Assembly: GCA_026770705.1 (NCBI GenBank) | Contig: JANJGN010000014.1 | Location: 70,866,001-70,930,000, forward strand | Length of the DNA stretch: 64,000 nucleotides | Reading direction: 5' to 3' | From: Isurus oxyrinchus | Taxonomy: Eukaryota | Notes under the pieces: model-generated | Databases searched by the model: none | Seen by the model: only the letters and a program-made list of their open reading frames with translations | Told to the model about the DNA's origin: nothing | In this document: positions 50,963 to 64,000 of the stretch, piece after piece | Position numbering within the stretch: the first letter of the stretch is position 1 | How the letters are laid out: every line of letters starts with the position of its first letter | Program-made: the position numbers and the translations under genes

Positions 50963-51446
50963 CTGCAACTGTGCAGTTGTTTTTCTGCTTGGCATTTTGA
51001 CGAGACTCTTTCATCCATGGAAAGATTTGCTTGGTGAGAGTAGCAGCTGGGCTGGCGGAAGAATTTGAAATAGACTTGGTTCTTTTCTGTGTTGAGGTGT
51101 TGCTTGCATTGGGTGAGGGTGGCAAAGGGGGTGGCTGCTGTGGCTCATTGATGGTTGGGGGCTGGGCAGTGCCCTGGCTGCCACTTGTTCTCATACAGTT
51201 GCCATTTATATCGGTAGGCTTATGGTTTGGGGCTCTGACACCAGATGTCTGAATGGGGCACGTCGAGCTTTGATAATCATTTTCAGCAGATGATGGCGGG
51301 TAGGCCTGGTGGCTAGAACTGTAGCTGTATGCGTTGGTCTTTTGGTAGGAGTAACCGCCGAATATTCCGGAGTTATCGTAGTAAGTCGCTTTTTGCATCT
51401 CGCTATTTCGAAATGATAGGGTCTTGACACCCTTATCGAATAGCAT
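50963..51446 (-). CDS. hoxd3: HoxD3 coding exon 1
   Basis: MLFDKGVKTLSFRNSEMQKATYYDNSGIFGGY matches the HOXD3-type MLF...MQKA extension (second ATG at 51398). KQIFPWMKESRQN hexapeptide. Phase-1 donor G|GTATCC at 50962. The spliced CDS is 1233 nt (410 aa) with a 1335-bp intron. Confidence 0.95.
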
Positions 51447-51457
51447 TGACACCTTCG

Positions 51458-51484
51458 GTCACGTGGCACTGTTACACCAATCAC
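51458..51484 (-). promoter_or_regulatory. E-box + CCAAT module immediately 5' of the HoxD3 ATG
   Basis: GTCACGTG at 51458-51465 and CCAAT at 51477-51481. Confidence 0.6.
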
Positions 51485-53891
51485 AAGTCTGCAGCAGTCC
51501 TTGAGGTTATGAGGCAAAAGACAATAATGGTGAAACATTAGGAACTCATAATTCAGCGTGTAAAACATAAAACGGCATCCCATAAATAGAATCTAATATC
51601 ACGTCCCATACCAGGATTTGCTTCTTTCCTTCTTTGATGAATTACTACTTTACGAGACAATTAATAAGCTGCTGAAATGTAAAGCAAATTATTTGACTAC
51701 TTCTGGAAGACTTTTATAATTTTACAAGGTGTTCATGTGCTGGCGCCTTCCTGAGTTCTGAGGAATTAGCTTCAACTTGTAAACCTGGGCTCTTGGATTG
51801 ACTATTTTCAAAAATTGTAGAAAATATTTATAGTTCAAACGGCGCATAAATTATTGCTGTTTAGAATTAATATTTTATTCATTAATATTTCAATATTTAA
51901 TGCATTACTTATCTATTAATACCTACTACAGACTATGATTCTTTTATAAATATGTCATTTTGATTTTTAACAAGACGTAATCACATAGCAGTTATGAGAT
52001 GTCACATCATATGGAAAACAATGAGTTTTATGCGGTGGTTTCATTATTCTGTAGACTCAAAACAGTGGAAGTCAAAGAACGTTAAAAATGTCCCAGTCAT
52101 GCTTGATATGAGCGGACTTCGGTGGGACGCACAGTGCTATTCCAGTTGGCTTCACTGATTGAGGCCATTTTTATAATAGTGAGAAACAAAAAGGCCCCTC
52201 TCAAAAAGAACGAAAATACCATAGTCACAGGCGGCTTATTCGCCTGCAGCATTTGCTGGGGGTACAGACCGTTTTATTCTGTGATCGAGACAGTGTTACA
52301 CAAGACATGATGGATAGGACCAGTTCCAAAAGCTGAAAAATCAACGAAGTGTTCCCTCGCCATTGTTGGTTTCTTTTTCTTCAACGTAAGTGAGGTTTGT
52401 GTGAGGCAAATGTGCTGCTTTCTGTTACATCTTTCTGTTTTATGACAGAGGGCAGGAAGTTTGGTTAAAGTATAACTAGCACCTATTCAATCTTTTTGTT
52501 CTAATTAAAACAGAGAAATAAGCAAGTCAGCATTTTATATCTTCATTCTGCTGCTTACATCGGCTTTAGCTTATGCAGCAGTCTGCAAAACAGCACATGT
52601 TACTGGATAGGATTATCTTTTTGGAACATGTATGTGAAAAAAAATCATCACACTAAACTAAAACAAAAAATTCAGAGAAGGAACGCGTGTGTAGCCGTTA
52701 CTAACGGCCAGCCTTTCTTAAAGTTAATAAACGTTGATAATGTAAGAATCGATTTGCAAGAATGGAGATCAGATCCCCTATAGTTGCAATAATAACTGTT
52801 TAAATATACTATATTACTCATAAACTATTTCAAAGGCCATATTTTTCCAATTTGTTTCTACATAGACATATTTATATGCAGTTTTTTCGACCCTGACACA
52901 AAACTGCTAGTTATTCCTTACTTATTTGACAGTGTATTATTAAATCCTCGCAATCTCTCGACCAAAGACTTCTTAAAAATATGTTTCTAACATAGCGAGG
53001 AAACTTCCCAATAAGTCTATGTGTGCATGAAGCGAGGGGCTCAGCATTAAAGCCAATGGTTTTTGACTGAAGCATGGCACCTTGTGCTCCGAGTGAGGTT
53101 GCCTAAGCTATTTGTTAAACCAGGAGGTTATTTCGGTGTCTGGAATTAAATGATCAAAACGAGGATTAAAACAAATCACTGTGAAACATATTTGAAACTT
53201 TACATGAAAATGATTGGCTAGCATTTTAAATTTTAAGTACAATGCCTAGTCTGCAAAATCATTTAAATAAAACACATTCCCGTATAAACCACCACAACTA
53301 TTGGACGTATGACTTATCTGCTACTATATCACGTCACAAATAGATTTTCGATTCATTTAGAAAAAGCCTTCAGCCATACAAGACTTGACATTATAATGAA
53401 ATATGAGGTTTGTGATCTGCGGCCTCCAAAGTAGCAGTCAGGCACACGTGCACATTTCAGCTGTTCCTTTAAGAAAAATGTCAATATTTTGTTTTCCTGC
53501 TCTATGGTGTTCGTTTCTATGTGTTTCACTGCATTTTATTTTCTTCTGTTATTCTGTTTTCATCTCCCATCCATGCAAGCTATTTTAGTTTAATAATTTT
53601 GGCATTACACTGCTGTCCTTTACTTAGCTATTTATCTGAAATTTAATTACACTTCTGTTCATTCCCCACCCCCTCTGCCCATCTAATCTGCGTTATGTGT
53701 AAGAGATAAGGAAGTAACTCAGTATTATTTACTGCCATGGGATCTGAACCTACGCCATTGCAGCCAGCCTCCTCGATTGCAGTGGATTTGAAGGCACTAT
53801 CTTCAGAATATCAAAACTAACATTAATATTAAGGTATTGTGAAAAGATTGTGGTGAAGCAGCAGATATGGTTCAGAAACACCAACTGCTTG

Positions 53892-53935
53892 TGAACTCTG
53901 CTTGAACCTAAATCGCAGCCATGGGCCATAAATCA
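53892..53935 (-). promoter_or_regulatory. DR5 RARE (GGTTCA agcag AGTTCA) with adjacent Pbx/Hox site upstream of HoxD3
   Basis: TGAACT CTGCT TGAACC at 53892-53908. CCATAAATCA (= TGATTTATGG) at 53926-53935. Confidence 0.8.
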
Positions 53936-56900
53936 TTTGGACAATGGTCAACTGTTTCTGCGTTCATCTTTCAGATCTTTCTTACCTTACATGTTTTCTA
54001 AATGCAAGGGTGCATCATCTAATACAAAGATTTGATAAGTAATACCTTGCTATGGACCATCACCCCTTTATTTTTGGTGTGTTTCCGAATACATTAACTG
54101 CAATCGCGGGGCCCATGGCGAAAAACAACTCAACAAATTATTAATTACTTTTGGCCAACATGAATGGCAAGTCTTTCTGCAACACTTAGGAAAACTAGAA
54201 GAGTGAAGGAAGTGCATGCACCATGAAAGGATTCAAGTCAATGAGTTAATTTTCCATTTTTTCCGTTCTCGTAGGTTTCAAACTCGCGTAGAAAACGGTG
54301 TTACAAAAGTTAAACTGCTTTAATACCGACTTAAGAAAATAGTAAAGCTACATCGTTAGACATGTTTTTTTTCTGTGTGTTCTGGCTCATTATTTTATGC
54401 CACATGTACTGCTTTATTTGCCCAAGGCCAGACCACTGAAAGACAGTTTCCACCATTTAAGTAGTAATCAAATAATTGCTTTCAGTTTTCTTTTATTTTT
54501 CAAGTTAATCTTAGCAGAGTAGTCAAATAATGTAAAAGCCATCTATAAAAGTGGGCAGTTCGTTGTTATTAAAGAACTAGAGCCCTCACAGTGCATATCA
54601 ATGCACCTGTCATTGTGTGCTACGCAAAATTTATGACTGCTAGTGCTATGGTCGTAAACGCTTCACTACAGAATGAAAAGAAAAACACTTTCCAAAGACT
54701 TGCTATCTTCAGAAGTGTAAAACAGCTACAGCGTAGGAGGAAAGACCAGAAAAAGAATGCCCATACTCCACAAGTTTCTTATCTACGAGGCGTTTCGCCA
54801 GCTCTTGCAGGATTTTATATAAGACATTGAAAGTTCTCTGGCAATTTGAAACACGGTTCAGACCACAAGCTTTGCACATCTAGCAGAAGCGCATGGCTCG
54901 AGCGGGAGGAACTAAAATTTGTCTTTGATAAACGTCAGCTGGGAGCCAAATTTGAAATCAAAGGTTTGATTTCAGGTATGAAGTGGGGAGCAAAGGGGGA
55001 ACAAACGGGGGCGGAAAAAAAGCTTTTCTCTTCTACTCGGTGTCTGGCAGGCATGTTCAACGTAATTTTATTCGTTATATATGTCAGCTATTTTAAACTG
55101 TTACCTATTCTACACATTTTCAGAACTTGCTTAACCATATGGTATATTTTGTTTTTAAAAAACCCCGACTGAAATATTTGTTGCCTTCAGCCATCGCTCT
55201 CTAGAAGAAGCAGATTATTCTTGGGACAAAGCAATGTTGATTGTGTTTATACTTTGAGGATCAGTTCTGGCAAAGGGATCTGGTTGGATCTGCACATCTG
55301 GTCATATTTCAGCTTGGATCACTTAATCTCTTCCAGATCTGCGTTTGATTCCTAAACTGTAGACATCGCAGAACTTTGATACAAAATTGGCATGATATGC
55401 CTTCTTTGGAAAAATAATCCAGGGTTTGCAGAGAAAGGCAGCAGGATCCTATCACTAAGCCAAGATGCACCAAGGTTCAGTTGTTAACTTACTTTTAATA
55501 TAAGTTACTTCATTCCATATAGAGCAAGTGGGATAAACGCGCTTATTGTAGACTATAAAAGTTGAATGAATCGTGCAGTCCTTGTCTCCAATTCACGATC
55601 CCTCATTGTGGTTTATCCAGAAATACGTCTCTATTATATAACCAAATTAATTTGCAAACTAGGTACAATATTTGGCCCGAGCAAATGAGACGGTATCTCG
55701 TGGAAGTTTGGTTTGTGTTTAAAAAAAAGGAGGTGGAAACAAATATATGAAGTTGAAACTGAGTGAGAAAGAATAAAGATCGATGTTGGTAGATCTGAAG
55801 TAAAGTAACTGGACGGAATGGTACAGCTCAAATGAGTCATTTCCAATGCTTCATAAAATGTACTCCCTTTTAGATTGAAAGAAACGCACACAGATATACA
55901 TAATGGCTATAAACATACCTATTCTGGGCATTAAGATTTGCCATAAAGTGATTAACTTATAACAATTTAGTTAACTCCCGTTTCCAGTTGTATCGGTTCT
56001 TTTGAAGGCTTTAATGATCTGCTAGCCGGACGTGTTAACACGATGCAGCTCAATTTATCAGAATTCCAGAATATTTTACAAAAGCATTGGTTCTAACGGA
56101 GTGGAAAGCAGATTCACAGCCGCTTAGCGCGAGAATAGGCGCAAATGAAGAAACCTAGAGATCACGTCCCTGCCTGTTTAAAGAATGTATTTCATTTCTG
56201 TTCTATGTGTTCCAGTAGCTAAGTTATAAGACCTTGAACTAATTCCCCATGGGCAAATCTTAGTTACTTATTGAGCGCACGGAGTTCATCAGAACACCAA
56301 ATTCTGCTACAAGCGAAAAGGAGTGAAAAGTATAAAAACTCACCACAGATTTTTTTTCTATCTGCTTTTCGTTGGATTGGATTTGGAATCTGTCCAGATT
56401 GACCAGAGGGCACTGGTTTTGTTCTGAAAGCACAAAATGTAATGAAAAACTTTCATACGCACTAATACTATTTCTCTATATCCTATATATTTTAGATCAT
56501 CTTCCTGACTGCTATCAAACAAAGAAAGGAAAGGACCTTGCAACAGGCCTCACAGATCCATTTTTGTTCTTGTAAAAATGTATTTGCTCTGTTATGTACA
56601 TAAAATGTGTAAAAAGAACATATTTTCTTGCGAGCTTTAATCAAATGACTACGTAGTTTGGCTTTTTTTTAAAAGAAAAAAATAACACTTTCTTTGCTCC
56701 AGAAATTAGAAATGTGATGCTACTAAATATCAATGTTGTATGATTAATGAGGCGAGTTGCATTGTCAGTGAATGTAAAAAGAAACAACGGAAGAACGGGT
56801 TAAATAAATTTAAAGTCGGTAAAGATTAGGATAGGTAATTTGACTTCTTTTTAAAAAAATGATGAAGAATGCCTCCCGAGAATCTGAATACCCAATAACA

Positions 56901-59477
56901 AATCATTTATTTCGAGCGATTTTCATAATTCAAGTTGTTATTGCGGAAACAAAGCTATTAATATCATCAAGCATTTCAGATCGGAACTTCCATTTAGAGT
57001 ACCAGAAATGTGCCTCGAGGGTGGCCTTATTATCCAATGAGCATGATATTTTGGGGCCTACTGCACTTGGTAGCAAAATAGATCGTTCTGTGGTGGCCTT
57101 TTAATGGAAAATGGGCCTGAACGGAGCATTAAATAAAAATCACAATTTTATATCAGGCAGCTTTTTGGTACCTTCGAACTCACTCCAGAGCACTATTTGC
57201 AAACTGACGGTATTAACATTCTTCATAATAAAAATAAAAGTATTTATTTCTTTTCTTTTTGACGTTTAAATATGTGCGCTTAAGCAAAAACTACTACCGT
57301 TGTCGAACATTTTATAGCCAGCTAACATAACAATACAAATATGGAGGCTTGCAAGAAAGGGCCTGGCGCCATATATAAAACTCATGAATAATGTATTGTA
57401 TTGACAGGCGGTTATGCTTTGTCATTGGGGTACCAAACATCATGTAATATTTTATATCGATTAGGCAGAATCATAATGCTCTCATAAAGAGCTTGGTTAT
57501 GCAAAAAGTAACTAAAATGCAATAATACAGCACGGCCGAAGCCTTCAAACATGCTCTAAACTCCAAATCAATGTGCAAGAGGCAGATGGAAGGTGAAGGG
57601 AAGCTGTAGTCAGTCAGAAACTGCATTTTAGTGAATGTTATATCAATTCAAAGCACATGCTTAAATTTGAAAATATATTTAAGAAAAAGAGCAACTGTGG
57701 CAGATCAGAGGGACAAAGAAATCGTCGTCATTAGCTGACAATATGTAAGAATCATAAGCCTTTGAAATGACCTTTGGCTTGTACAGCAATAACTCACCAC
57801 TTAATGAACAACCAACGGAAGCGCCTCCACTACCTCACAATACAGCCCATCACACAACTTCACCATGGCTTTTCTATCCCTCTTTAATCCCACTAAGACG
57901 CAGCACTTTACAAACTAGTCTCACCAACTTGTGTCGATATAATTTGAAGTTAGAAGAGGATCCAAATCACAGTCGGCAAGACATCGCGTCCTCGGTCCAA
58001 TGCCTCCCACCATAATGTGTGTAATGTATTCACGTGGCCATACGTCAATTTAAAAGGTTTTATTTCTCAGTAATCACTAGAAGTAAGTTAAGTATTTGCA
58101 GGGTAAAGTCGCTACTTTCCAGAAAGCAAGGACAGCCGACAAGCTTTAAACACTTGGTTGCTCTAAAACAATACTGATAACTTAAGTGTTCTCAGCTATG
58201 ATCGGGACGGTAAGTTTTTAAACGTCTTATTAATTTCGCAGCAGTGTAAGAAGCTCTCACAATACCACCCTGAAAGGTATAAACAGATTGTCCATTAACT
58301 GATTTTAGCGGAATGAAAACGTCGAAAAGTTTTGTAAACTTTTTTTTGTCACTTTCCTAAATTGCTAAATCGATTTGGCAGAAAGGCTCGGGAACGATTA
58401 CGTGTTTATTACTTTTACTGTCCACCAAAACATAGTGGAACACAATCTGTCTGAGACCAAGGCAGCTACTGTACGTGGTGCCTGAAAAGTTTGAACTTTT
58501 TCCAGGGTTGAAAAGTTTTAAAGCCACACAAACAAGGGAACGTTAATCGTTACCATGACGTGTGCTGGAGAGAGGTTTATTGAAATTTTAGGTGAAGTTA
58601 TAAGTGAGTGGCCCCATCGAGCAAAATGAAATGCTACTCGGAGTAATTGGATTCAGCTGACTAACATGGCAGCCCAGCAGCTTCGAGGCATGCAGCAATG
58701 AAAAATGCTCCACTCAAAAGTTTTTACCGAGCAAAGCACATATGCAGACGGCGAAACAACTATTATACCTGTGGACACTTTGAGAATATGCCCAAATTTG
58801 CATACAAACAGCGTGACTTTGGACAATTTATATCTATACGTTTTCATTAAGAAAAAAGAAACGCCTTCCATTCATTATTAATATTAAGATTACAGCGAAT
58901 TACATTAATTTAAAATGGAATTTCCAAACGAAACAACTTTAATCACATTCCCAATCTTACCTTAGATCAGCGTCAAACCAGCGTGTTATGTACAGTAATA
59001 GCATTTAAGATATGTCTAAAAGTAGGAATTATAATTATTTGTGTTTTAAAACTGCAAAATAGTACAGCTGTATTCTTGAAAGCAATTAATAAAAGTAATT
59101 GAATGCGTTTCTAAAACTGAAAGAGAAAAAGACAAGTTAACATTAAAAATGTAAAATCCACTGAAACGGGGTCGCCTAGATGCCAGGATTTAAACAGGGT
59201 GATTTGGTTTTTAAAGATTTACCCACGCTGTTTAACAGTGAAGTGCATAACTACAAAAATATTGAATTGAATCAATTGCAGAGACTATCTTCTGACACGA
59301 TTGTTATGAGTTAAAATAATATTCGATATTTAATATTTAAATACATTTAAAAATACGGATGTCGTGATTTCCTTGAAATTCACAGATTGTTTTTCCTTGA
59401 ACGAGAATAACATTAATTGAGAAATAATTTATACAGGCTGCTGCAATAACTTTAGCCCGCAATATATTTCTGAAGCG

Positions 59478-59561
59478 CATAAATCACAGAAGACTGCAGC
59501 CTGACGATAAGCTAGAGACAACAAATTAATGTGATTTACGATCTAAGTTTGCTAGTGACAG
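59478..59561. promoter_or_regulatory. Candidate Hox/Pbx/Meis enhancer
   Basis: CATAAATCA at 59478-59486, TGATTTACGA at 59532-59541, TGACAG at 59556-59561. Confidence 0.5.
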
Positions 59562-62500
59562 TTTGAAAAGTTCCCTGGGTTTCTGTGCCTTTTTATTTCG
59601 TTTTCCTTTTACATAAAACTGCAGAATCAGCTAAAATACAGCCACAAGACAAATCTGGGACTGCTCTGGTTTGTCCGATCTAACCTTTCTCAAATTGCGC
59701 ACTTTCGTGAAAGAGCAAATGTTTTTTTTCTCTCTCTATAAATCGCCATTCTTTGCTACCAAATCGTTTTTTCTGATCTGCCACTGAAATGGAAACAATA
59801 CACGAGTTTGTTTCAGAATTTCATACAATTTGGCATGAATAATATGCTCTCTTGCTGAAGGCATTATCCAAACCTACTGCTAAAGGTTGCATATTATCAT
59901 ACAATTGCTTACCTGTGTGTCAATTTATCCTAAATCTATGCTTCTCAAACTCAATTTCTTAGCCTGCAGCTGCGAATAATATCCTGTGCCGTTTGTCTGG
60001 AGACAATGCTGTCTTAAACCAGATCTTGCGGTTTTACAGACATTTCGATACGAAATGCAGACGGTATTCCCGATAGAAATGGCTTCAGTCTCAGGGACAA
60101 CTACCAATAAAAACGGCGTACAGAGATGTTTTAGCTTTTAAATCTAAACCGCGACTTTATAATCGAGCATCCGGCGAGGAAATGGCATTTATAAACAGGT
60201 AGGTATTCCTTTAAAAAGTTGCAATTTATGAATTTTATAGTGCAACGGATACCTTTTATAATCAGAAAATATAGGCGCTGCCTGAAGATACAGGCATATT
60301 TGTTCACGTGATCTGTGTTACCAGATTGCTCTGATTGAGCCAGTAAGTTGAGCCAGCGCTACCTCACTAACATCTATTTAATATGGATTGTTTGGTGCTT
60401 TGAGTCACTTCTTGCATTAACACTAATGAAGGGCTGAATGGAAATTAAATATTCTGTGCAGTACTTGAAAAAGGATTGTGAGGTAGCGTCTTTTAGAACA
60501 GTAGCACGTTTACTAAATTGAACAATAGATTTGTATTTTATTGCCATTTCATAGCCTCTAGGCTGTAAGTTATATATCATTCCTTCTGGTGTATTGAGTT
60601 GATTATTGCACTCATTTGTTTAATCAAACAAGTATCACTTTTGAAAGAATCGGATTTCGTGTATATATAGCTAAGGCAGAATATTTATATAAAATGCTAA
60701 ATTCGGCTTAAAACACTTTAGTCTCTTGAAAATATATATCAACCTGTCTCAAAGCCAACGCGAAAGCTTAAAATAAAACGACATGTATTGGAACTACAAC
60801 AAGCAAATATTTAGGTAAAGTATTGTGGGATGATCATATTTAAATCCGGCGAATGAACAGGGCTTCTTCTTTATCCCGTTTAGGATTTGAGTTAGTTGCG
60901 AGAAGCCGTCAAAGAAATACTGCAACAGATACGATTTCTGTGAAACTCAATCTCCCTATTTTCCAGGAGGAGAAATTAATCATCATTGGTAACTGCGGTT
61001 TTATGCAATGAACTTGATGTCTGTGGACTAGGAATTAATGTGGCATTTTCCCTTTCTCTTTCAGGGGAAGCAACTCAAATCACAAGGACCAGTGACGGCG
61101 TCTGGTTATACAAATGCCTCACAAAACGAAGCGTTGGATATCGTTTCCTTTTGGCTCCGTTCTTATTTTGTATTTTTCTCCACAAATGTTTTGTTGAAAT
61201 ATAACGTTTTTAGTTAGGGAAAATTAATTTTCAGTTACATTCTATCGAATTGCTTAATATTACTGTTAAATGTTACTTCCAACTGTTCTTAATATCTGAA
61301 ACATTTGCCTGTAATTTAATAGCAATAAAAAACATTTCTATTGACAGTAATGCATGACCTTATTGCACCTAGCGCTGGCTTAACGCAACATTTATCTAAA
61401 TTACTTTACCCTCTGTGGCTTATATGGTCGTTATAAAAATATTGCTTTGCAATTACTACATTATAAATTATTTAAGGAAAATGAGAGTTGCATTTCAGTG
61501 TTTAACTTAGGCATTATTTTCGCCCAAAACCAATGTTGAGCAAGTTTGAGACACTGTCTTTTGAAGATTTTTGAGAGCATAACGATTGTTGTGGGATTTT
61601 GTAAAACAGATAAATCTTTTATATCGTTGAAATTACCCCAGGTTTTCGACTTTTAAGTAATTGCTGTTATAGTATTGTTCGATCCCAAAAGTGTAAATAG
61701 ACCATTTTATTACGGCAAGATTTCCCTTCGCTGATAATTTTATGAGGAGACTAAGATGAAACAACTAAGTGCTAATGCTTGCCACTGTGGGAACTCAGTT
61801 TTATGGGGAATATAATCAAATGGGGATCCAAAGACGGGTTCGACTGCAGCATATGTTCATACAGCAATAAAAGGGAGAGATTTACAATCTTCGCCTGGCC
61901 TCGGCAGCCTTGCAGGAATTACTAGTAGTGATTTATAACAGAGTGGAAAATTGTTGACCACCACCCCTCCGCTCCCCCTCTCTCCCAACAACAACTTTAT
62001 TTCGATTTAATGAAAAAGTTGTAATTAAAGCATTTTCATTGATTCTTGTCTGCCTGGTTCTTTGCTGGTTTAGAATTTAACGGTACATGATACTGAGTTG
62101 AAGTGAGAGTCGGCAAAACAGTAACTTGGCGGTATGATCGCAGCTTTGTCATCAGTAAAACAGCGCTGCATTTGTCATCGGCGAATAACTGAATTAATAG
62201 GTTATTGTTTTAATGCATAATTTATTAAAAAAGGAAACGAACGTTGACTTTACACACGTGACGACAGCGCAAATTCAATTTCCAGAAGTGTTTTGTGACA
62301 AAAGCAACGGAAGCAATAAATGCCGAGGTGCATATTGTAAAATATCTCCAACCAACTTAGCAAAATCCTTTTTCAAAGACATTTGCATTTGACATAGTAA
62401 TTTATGCAGTTTAATTACATCTTTAGAAAGAAGTTTAGGAACAGAGCTGTCATATGCCACTAGGACGCTATACTGTAACTTAGATTAAGATCTTATATTA

Positions 62501-64000
62501 TTCTTCAGCGTTACACAGTAAAATGTTTACTTACAATTTGTTTTTAATATTTACATTAATAATTAAACTTTTACACGTCGTTGTTAAACGGCCAGCAATA
62601 AAAAGCCAGTCAATGCTAGTACTTTATTGCATTGTACTATCTATCTTATACATGTCTTTAATACGGTACCCTATTATTGTCATACTAACCTCAAATCAGC
62701 AAATCAGAACTGTGCCACTTTATTACATTATAAAATGGTACCGATAGTGAAAATACAGTTTGTTCTCGTTCTGGGTAGAAATCACAACCATTTACTATTT
62801 AAATGAGTAAAACAGGCTCTTCTAGTTTTGTGGATAATCAGTTAACAGACTGCTATAAGAAAGAAATACTCATTTTCTGTAAAATAAAATCCCCGTAGGT
62901 TCAAATGAGACATTTGTTTCATCTTTTAAAGCAAAACATCTACTAAAAAATGAAGCACCAAACGCTCATGAATATAGTTTCTGTAGACGTGAGTACCTGC
63001 AATTGTTCTAGCTGAATCTCATTTACAGACTTTCCATTACGTTTCAAAGAAAACAAAATATATGACTCGTGGTATTCAACATAAGCTCAGGCCTCTATTT
63101 CGCTGTGTACAAATAGGCAGCAGATGCCATGACAGCCGGCATTGTTTGCAATAAAGCACAACTAAACCGTAAAATCTACGCCATTTCATGACACTCAACT
63201 ACGCCTTAATAATAATCTTATCGCAGTGTTACTAACGTTTACCCCCACCTCCAAAATACAGCCGGTACAAATTTCTGCACCTGAAGTTTATCATAGTTGC
63301 TCCAAAATGTTAAAGCTAATCCGAATAGAAGGTCAGTATATCTGCCTACTACAACTTATGACTGTCGCCTGGTAGCACAGAGTAAGAAGCAAAGGGCGCT
63401 ATTCATCAAATATATATGACAGTTACATTCATTTGCTATCTTAGCAGAAACAAAACTAAAATTATTTACCTACCAAGCTTCCATTTTTCAGTTCCTGGCA
63501 ACGAACCACAACAGCAAAGTGAAATAGCGGACCATTTGTATATAATATTCTTGGGATCTGTTCACTTTTCAAGTGTGATAGAGTCCTTTGCTTGGCCGAT
63601 TAATGACGACGCCGTGTTTCTTTCGGGACGTACTGCATTAATTATTTAGTAAATCACGTGGCCGAATCAAATATAAAAGGATACATAAAATCTTACCACC
63701 TCTGCTGGACATAATGATAAAATGTAAAAGTCTTTATCATTTGAGAAATATTTGGTTGGTAAATATGTTTTAAAATTCTAAAGGGAAAGACTAACAAATA
63801 TGGCTGTTTAGTAGCGTTGGGTTGCATCAGCTTTGTCCCATTTTGAATGACCAGCCTATGGCATGGTCGCATTGACTCTTTGCCTTCCTTTCAGCTGTTT
63901 CTCTTTCCAGACTAGAAGCGAAATAACGGGGCGGTGTATATACAACAATAACAATACAGCAAATATTATTCATTTAAGTTTAAGTTTATTCGGATTTGTT

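Noticed and set aside
51500-64000. HoxD4 or miR-10 in the window
   Set aside because: No group 4 homeobox ORF and no TACCCTGTAGA miR-10 sequence seen on either strand. They presumably lie beyond 64 kb.
1-64000. CRISPR array, prokaryotic operon or defence system
   Set aside because: The sequence is vertebrate genomic DNA with spliced Hox genes and LINE/SINE repeats. No regularly spaced repeat-spacer array was seen.

Overview
Eukaryotic (vertebrate) DNA, almost certainly from a cartilaginous fish, probably a shark. The right half (~33-64 kb) is the 3' end of a HoxD cluster on the minus strand. It holds three intact two-exon genes, HoxD1 (36073-37403), HoxD2 (44291-45752; a gene retained in chondrichthyans but absent from tetrapods and teleosts) and HoxD3 (48879-51446). 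This half is nearly repeat-free and rich in recognisable cis-elements: two canonical DR5 retinoic-acid response elements, Pbx/Hox and Meis sites, Krox20-like sites, and an E-box+CCAAT module in front of all three genes. The left half (1-~32.5 kb) is gene-free flank made of decayed L2 and CR1 LINEs, tRNA-derived SINEs and PIF/Harbinger transposons, one of them complete with TIRs and a 3-bp TSD. It also contains a small insertion family with 14-bp target duplications and a decayed co-oriented 5S rRNA/tRNA mini-array. I see no evidence for a wholly new gene system. The most unusual observations are the Hoxa1-type 3' RARE behind HoxD1, the 5S-tRNA array relic, the 14-bp-TSD hairpin insertions and the apparent Harbinger targeting of one host repeat. 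All calls come from reading the sequence and recalled family knowledge; no searches were run.
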